DNA of 64,000 bases, taken from contig CP061209.1 of assembly GCA_026016205.1 (NCBI GenBank), positions 117,469 through 181,468 of the forward strand, given 5' to 3'. The notes beneath the pieces were generated by a model. That model was not told the origin of the DNA. It did no database searches and worked only from the letters and a program-made list of their open reading frames with translations. Both the position numbers and the translations under genes were made by a program. Shown one piece after another: positions 57,676 through 64,000 of this stretch (positions are counted from its first letter, which is position 1; every line of letters starts with the position of its first letter). The stretch is from Methanosarcinales archaeon. Its GTDB lineage: Archaea > Halobacteriota > UBA148 > JAUWXC01.

Positions 57676-57900
57676 TTGTTCCCCACTAAGAAAGTCCAGA
57701 ATTTGGTCGGCACAAAAGTCCAGGTCGAGATGAAGGGCGAGAACAGCCTTCTTGAAGGTGTATTAGAAAGTGTAGATGATTATCTAAACTTACATCTTGT
57801 GAACACGACCGAAATCGACAACGGCGAGAAATCGAGGACACTTGGTTCGGTTGTCGTGCGGGGAAACAACATCATTCTTATACACCCTATTAATGAGTGA
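57676..57900 (+). CDS. Sm-like (Lsm/SmAP) protein
   Basis: G.L..VD.YLNLHL and VVVRGNNI. Confidence 0.92.
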   Translation: MFPTKKVQNLVGTKVQVEMKGENSLLEGVLESVDDYLNLHLVNTTEIDNGEKSRTLGSVVVRGNNIILIHPINE

Positions 57901-58210
57901 GGATGGGATGACGCTCGAGGAAAAGGTTTTGGACTATGTTCGCTCCCGCCGAAAAGGGGCTCTTCAGAGCGATATCTGGAAAAAGTTTGACATTGATAGC
58001 AGAAAGTGCTCTAGAATTATAACCAATCTGGAGCAAAATGGGCTTGTATATAAGAAATCAGAAGTGGCTAACGGGAGAAGGACCTATAGGATAGTGTCCA
58101 GGTATGGGTTGCTGATGGCGAATGACATGGTTTCGCCTTGCTGTGGTTGCACAGGGGAGTGCGTTCCAGAGTACTGCGTTCCTCTGAGCAGGTGGCTTTT
58201 GAAGTTATAA
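57893..58210 (+). CDS. wHTH plus Cys-cluster protein, TFE-beta/RPC34-like
   Basis: Q..IWK...IDSRKCSRI...LE wHTH; PCCGC...C.PE.C..L..W; adjacent to Lsm. Confidence 0.7.
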   Translation: MSEDGMTLEEKVLDYVRSRRKGALQSDIWKKFDIDSRKCSRIITNLEQNGLVYKKSEVANGRRTYRIVSRYGLLMANDMVSPCCGCTGECVPEYCVPLSRWLLKL

Positions 58211-58252
58211 AAACGAGAGGTTAATGTATCAAGAGACTCGTTTATATATTGT

Positions 58253-58684
58253 ATGAAAAAGACGCCTAACGCGATGAGTGATACCGATTTAGCCTTTCTT
58301 GCAGCGAAATGTTACTTTGGAGTAAATGAGGCCGAGGAGGACAATTACGACCTCTTCATCACCAAAGATTTTAAAAGGAAACTGCCGCCAGGAGGCTTCA
58401 TCGATGATATGGAGGCAGAGTTGCCTAAATGGTGGGCAGACAACATAGGCTACAAATCAGGCGTTGGGCGCATGTCTATGGTCGATTTTATGCATCATGT
58501 CAATAAGCTCAGGGTCAAGAGGGGGTCCAGCAAACTTCCAGAATACAGCGAACTCTTCAACGTCTGGGTGGAGTACATAGTGTCTAAATACCCGAGTGTG
58601 TATCTGGTCGAGGTTAAGAACAAAAACACGGGTGCCAAAAAACAGCTCCTCGTGAACACAGGGGTTGTTCAACGGCAAGAGTAA
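58253..58684 (+). CDS. hypothetical protein
   Basis: 143-aa ORF filling the gap, with an AT-rich upstream region. Confidence 0.6.
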   Translation: MKKTPNAMSDTDLAFLAAKCYFGVNEAEEDNYDLFITKDFKRKLPPGGFIDDMEAELPKWWADNIGYKSGVGRMSMVDFMHHVNKLRVKRGSSKLPEYSELFNVWVEYIVSKYPSVYLVEVKNKNTGAKKQLLVNTGVVQRQE

Positions 58685-58711
58685 TTACAATTTTTATTAG
58701 AGTGGGCATCC

Positions 58712-59797
58712 ATGGGCATCGAAGATGATATTAAAGCAATCGAGGAAGAGATTCGGAAAACTCCCTACAACAAGGCGACGCAACTTCATGTCGGTCGATT
58801 GAAGGCGAAGCTGGCCAAGTTGAGGGACGAGGCGCAAAAAACTTCCGGGAAAGGTGGAGGGAGTGGTTATTCCGTCAAGAAATCCGGCGATGCTACCGTC
58901 ATCTTAGTGGGTTTTCCCTCTGTTGGGAAATCCACGTTGCTTAATCAATTCACCAATGCACAGTCTCCGGTTGCTGCCTATGATTTTACTACGCTGGATG
59001 TCATTCCAGGTTCATTTGTTCATAAAGGGGCGCGCATCCAACTGCTCGACGTCCCTGGTCTGATAGAGGGCGCTGCAACCGGCAAAGGGCGAGGGAGGGA
59101 GGTACTGTCAGTTATTCGAAATGCAGACCTCCTACTGCCGATCACTGACGTATTTCATCCAGAGCATCTAAATGTGATTAAAAAGGAGTTGTATGATGCA
59201 GGAGTACGCATCAACGAAACACCTCCTGACGTCACGATTCATCGAAAAAGTACAGGCGGCATCACCCTCAACAGAACGGTTAGATGTGAAATCGACGATG
59301 CAATGATACGTTCCATTTTGAACGAGTACAAAATTCATAACGCTGATGTGCTAATCCGGGAGAGCGTAACCTTTGATCAGTTCATCGATGCAATTCTGGG
59401 AAACAGAAAGTATGTGCCTGCGCTGGTAGTGGTGAACAAGTTGGATTTGGTGGATGATGAAACCCTGAAAAGTCTGGCAATTCCAGAGGGCGCAATACTA
59501 ATCTCAGCAGAGAAGGGACAAGGTCTTGACAAACTTAAGGACGCGATCTTTGACAGGTTGGAATTCATACGCATATACATGAAGCGTCCCGGTAACCCAC
59601 CAGATAAAGATGAGCCGTTGATTCTCAAGGAGGGTGCAACCATCGGCGACGTCTGCGCCCGCATCCACAGGCACTTAAAGCAAAAGTTCAGGTACGCCCT
59701 GATATGGGGAAAATCCGCGAAACACGAAGGGCAGAGAGTAGGCCTTGACCATGTTCTGGTGGATGAAGATATTGTTACGCTTGTGATGGAGAAGTGA
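58712..59797 (+). CDS. DRG/Rbg family GTPase with TGS domain
   Basis: GFPSVGKST, Y.FTTL, D.PGLI.GA..GKGRG, NKLD, WG.SAKH. Confidence 0.94.
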   Translation: MGIEDDIKAIEEEIRKTPYNKATQLHVGRLKAKLAKLRDEAQKTSGKGGGSGYSVKKSGDATVILVGFPSVGKSTLLNQFTNAQSPVAAYDFTTLDVIPGSFVHKGARIQLLDVPGLIEGAATGKGRGREVLSVIRNADLLLPITDVFHPEHLNVIKKELYDAGVRINETPPDVTIHRKSTGGITLNRTVRCEIDDAMIRSILNEYKIHNADVLIRESVTFDQFIDAILGNRKYVPALVVVNKLDLVDDETLKSLAIPEGAILISAEKGQGLDKLKDAIFDRLEFIRIYMKRPGNPPDKDEPLILKEGATIGDVCARIHRHLKQKFRYALIWGKSAKHEGQRVGLDHVLVDEDIVTLVMEK

Positions 59798-59984
59798 TTT
59801 GAAACTCTTTTATTTCAAAAGTCTCTTTTCCAAAAGTTTTCATATGAAACTTGATAGCTGACTTTACATCCTCTAATGCCCTCTCGTAGGTATCACCCTC
59901 TCCGACAACCACGCCTTTTAACCCAAGGGGATATGCTACGTATCCCTCTGGATGTTTTTCAACTATTATTTTTATTTGTCTCAT
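59775..59984 (-). CDS. HicB-like antitoxin, orphan
   Basis: YVAY...L.G.V..GDT.E.AL.....AI; no hicA adjacent. Confidence 0.72.
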   Translation of the reverse strand: MRQIKIIVEKHPEGYVAYPLGLKGVVVGEGDTYERALEDVKSAIKFHMKTFGKETFEIKEFQITSPSQA

Positions 59985-60086
59985 CTTGTCCTTATTTCGA
60001 TTCCAGCTTTATAGGGGTATATCCGCCTCTACAATTTCGTATAACCCCATATCAACACATCGCGAATACCGATATCTCGATGATTT

Positions 60087-61049
60087 TCACCGCAGATATA
60101 TATGCTTAAAATCCCTTGTGTAAATCCAGGGGTCTTCGGTTTCTGCCTCTTTTTTCAGCCTGATGGCAAGGTCCACCTTGGCATCGCATTCATCCGCATA
60201 ATAGATTGCGAGCGCCTCCGGAAACTGCGGGATTTTGGGCGAGCCATACTCGTTTAATCCATGATGGCTCAGTATGATGTGTGCCATTTTCATCCTTAGA
60301 ACTTCAGGAAAGTTCTCGAGTTTTGCTATCCTGTCCAGTACCATTTGCTCGCCTATAACCAGGTGACCTATCAACATCCCCTCTTCTGAGATGTCAATAC
60401 TCGTCGCTACAGCATACTCCCGTATCTTCCCTATATCGTGTAGTATCGCACCAGTCAGGAGCAGACCCCTGTCCAGTGAGGAGTGCACAGCGTACGTCGC
60501 GTTGCATAATTTAACCACATTCAGCGTGTGCTCGAGCAGTCCACCGATATAGTTCTGATGCCTGTGCATAGACCCAGGGCAATTCTTGAATCTTTCAACA
60601 AAATTTGCATCATGGAAAAATGAGTTCAGAAGCGCGCTCAGGTGCGGGTTCTTAACGGAATTGATTATGCTCGTGAGTTCACCCATCATGGACTCCACAT
60701 CTTTATCCGTCTTTGCCACGAAGTCCTCGATGCTGTATTCGGTTGGCGCGCACCTCCTAACAGTGCTTGTGGTGCCCAGCGCCATCTCTAATTTATCCCT
60801 AAACTCGCCAACCCTGCCACTGATGTAGACGACGTCACCAGTCTGAAATCTCTCGTAGACCTCTTTTATGCCAGCCTCGTTCCTGTCTCCCCAGTACTTT
60901 GCCGTCATCTCGCCTGTTTTGTCGCTAATCCTGAACTCAAAACAGAAGCCTGATGTATATGGCTTTGGCGGCTTTTTGTATTTAACCGCGAAGACGCTAT
61001 CTACAGTATCTCCATTTTTTAGGTCCTTGATAAATTGAGTTTTGGCCAT
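60087..61049 (-). CDS. YhaM/Cbf1-like OB-fold plus HD 3'-5' exoribonuclease
   Basis: DKTG, H....GGLLEHT, LHDIGK..EY, GH, SHHG..E.GSP. Confidence 0.88.
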   Translation of the reverse strand: MAKTQFIKDLKNGDTVDSVFAVKYKKPPKPYTSGFCFEFRISDKTGEMTAKYWGDRNEAGIKEVYERFQTGDVVYISGRVGEFRDKLEMALGTTSTVRRCAPTEYSIEDFVAKTDKDVESMMGELTSIINSVKNPHLSALLNSFFHDANFVERFKNCPGSMHRHQNYIGGLLEHTLNVVKLCNATYAVHSSLDRGLLLTGAILHDIGKIREYAVATSIDISEEGMLIGHLVIGEQMVLDRIAKLENFPEVLRMKMAHIILSHHGLNEYGSPKIPQFPEALAIYYADECDAKVDLAIRLKKEAETEDPWIYTRDFKHIYLR

Positions 61050-61091
61050 TTTCTATATTTAGATGGACTTCTTATTCATTATGTTTTTCGC

Positions 61092-62172
61092 TTATGTCTG
61101 CAACCATATAGATGTGCTCTTGTCGACTATCTCCCCATCGCAGACGATGTAAATAACAAGTCTTGTGTATTTGTTGCGCGGCGTTTTTAACGTCAGTGTT
61201 ACGTTCTTATGCTCTTCGGTGCCCAGTTCGAATGCATCGCTCTCTTCTGGATTGTACCACCTACCATCTCCTGCATCAAAGCCTGCTGTTACCTTGACAC
61301 TCGATGCTTGAGCAGTTCCGACATTCTCGACTCTTACCGCTAATATAACAGTGTCACTGAAAATGGTCCGCGTTCTCGTAGCGTTCCAGCTGTGCGTGAG
61401 TATCGGTTTTGGAATAATGTGGTGTAATGTGGCAGATCCATCTTCATACTCATCTGGGATTACGCCAATCTCCCAGCCGGTGCCAGTCGTCTCTGCATAG
61501 AAATATTGTGTCCCGTTGTCCAGATAATATGTGCCGTAAAATTCATCTCCGCCAGCGATTCCGAGTGCCATGTGGTTAGGCAGCTCAATCAACACGACGT
61601 CATGCCCCATCATATCCAGCAATGCTGCTGCTAGTATCGAAGTATCTTCACAGTCCCCGGTCATATCAACTAATGTTTCAATAGGATATCTAGGATATTC
61701 ATCGAAGGGTGTGGTCACATCATCGGTGGCATAGGGAAGGCTTTGCACAAAAGACAGCACGAAGCAGGCCTTTTTGTATTGGTCATATTTTTGCGTTGTT
61801 GCAACCTCTTCGAATTTTTCTACTACCAGTTTCAAGTAGGGGTCATCATGGGGGTCGGTCACGTAAACAGAATAGTCGGCGGTTGCAGGTCTTGGTTTGT
61901 TTCTGTAGTATCCATCTAGGGATTCGGGTATGCTCAGGTCCAATGTCCAGGTTCTTCTGTCATACTTCCATTCATAGTACCTTTCGAGTACCTCTACGGA
62001 CTGCGAAGGCGGAGCAATCTCTCCCAGTGGCATAGGGGTCATGGTTGGCGTTGCTGTTGTTGGCGAAGCAGTAGGGGCTGGTGTTGACGTCGGCATCGTT
62101 TTTAGTTCAGGTGCAATACAGCCACTCAGGGAGGATATTATGAGCAGGAGCACTATCATGCAGGCGAGGTTT

Positions 62173-62192
<20 letters not shown>
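61092..62192 (-). CDS. lipoprotein with Thr/Pro linker and transglutaminase-like Cys domain
   Basis: LSGC lipobox; FVQSLPY, P.ETL....GDCED, HMA.G, ETT. Start position uncertain. Confidence 0.75.

Positions 62193-64000
<1,808 letters not shown>

Overview
Chromosomal window from an archaeon, most likely Halobacteriota/Methanomicrobia-like (aRF1, Taw1, CarS, Tes, Lsm, OapABC, tRNAs with bulge-helix-bulge introns). In order it holds: a lipid-linked glycosylation cluster; a corrinoid salvage/nucleotide-loop cluster (cobY, cobS, cbiS, cbiB, cobD, two cobQ-like genes) divergent from a btuFCD-HTH-cobT operon; housekeeping genes (argS, phi, aRF1, pyrH, oapABC, five CBS genes, pgk); an intron-containing tRNA-Thr followed by a ~11.7 kb partly AT-rich defence island; argF/purD/pyrE and carS/tes; a bacterial-style folate/purine cluster (glyA, folD, purN, ThiC-like, purH, folP, cofE-like); an intron-containing tRNA-Gln; and Lsm, TFE-beta-like, DRG GTPase, YhaM and a partial sudA/gltD. 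The strongest candidates for novelty are (1) a pair of CobQ-like genes that both lack the glutaminase domain and keep complementary motifs, (2) integron-like architecture in the island (duplicated promoter/attI-like leader, attC-like hairpins, no integrase), (3) short palindromic elements forming both tRNA introns and an in-frame insert in btuD, and (4) a tandem operator with an in-operon HTH gene suggesting protein-based B12 regulation. All calls come from reading motifs by eye; no searches were run.
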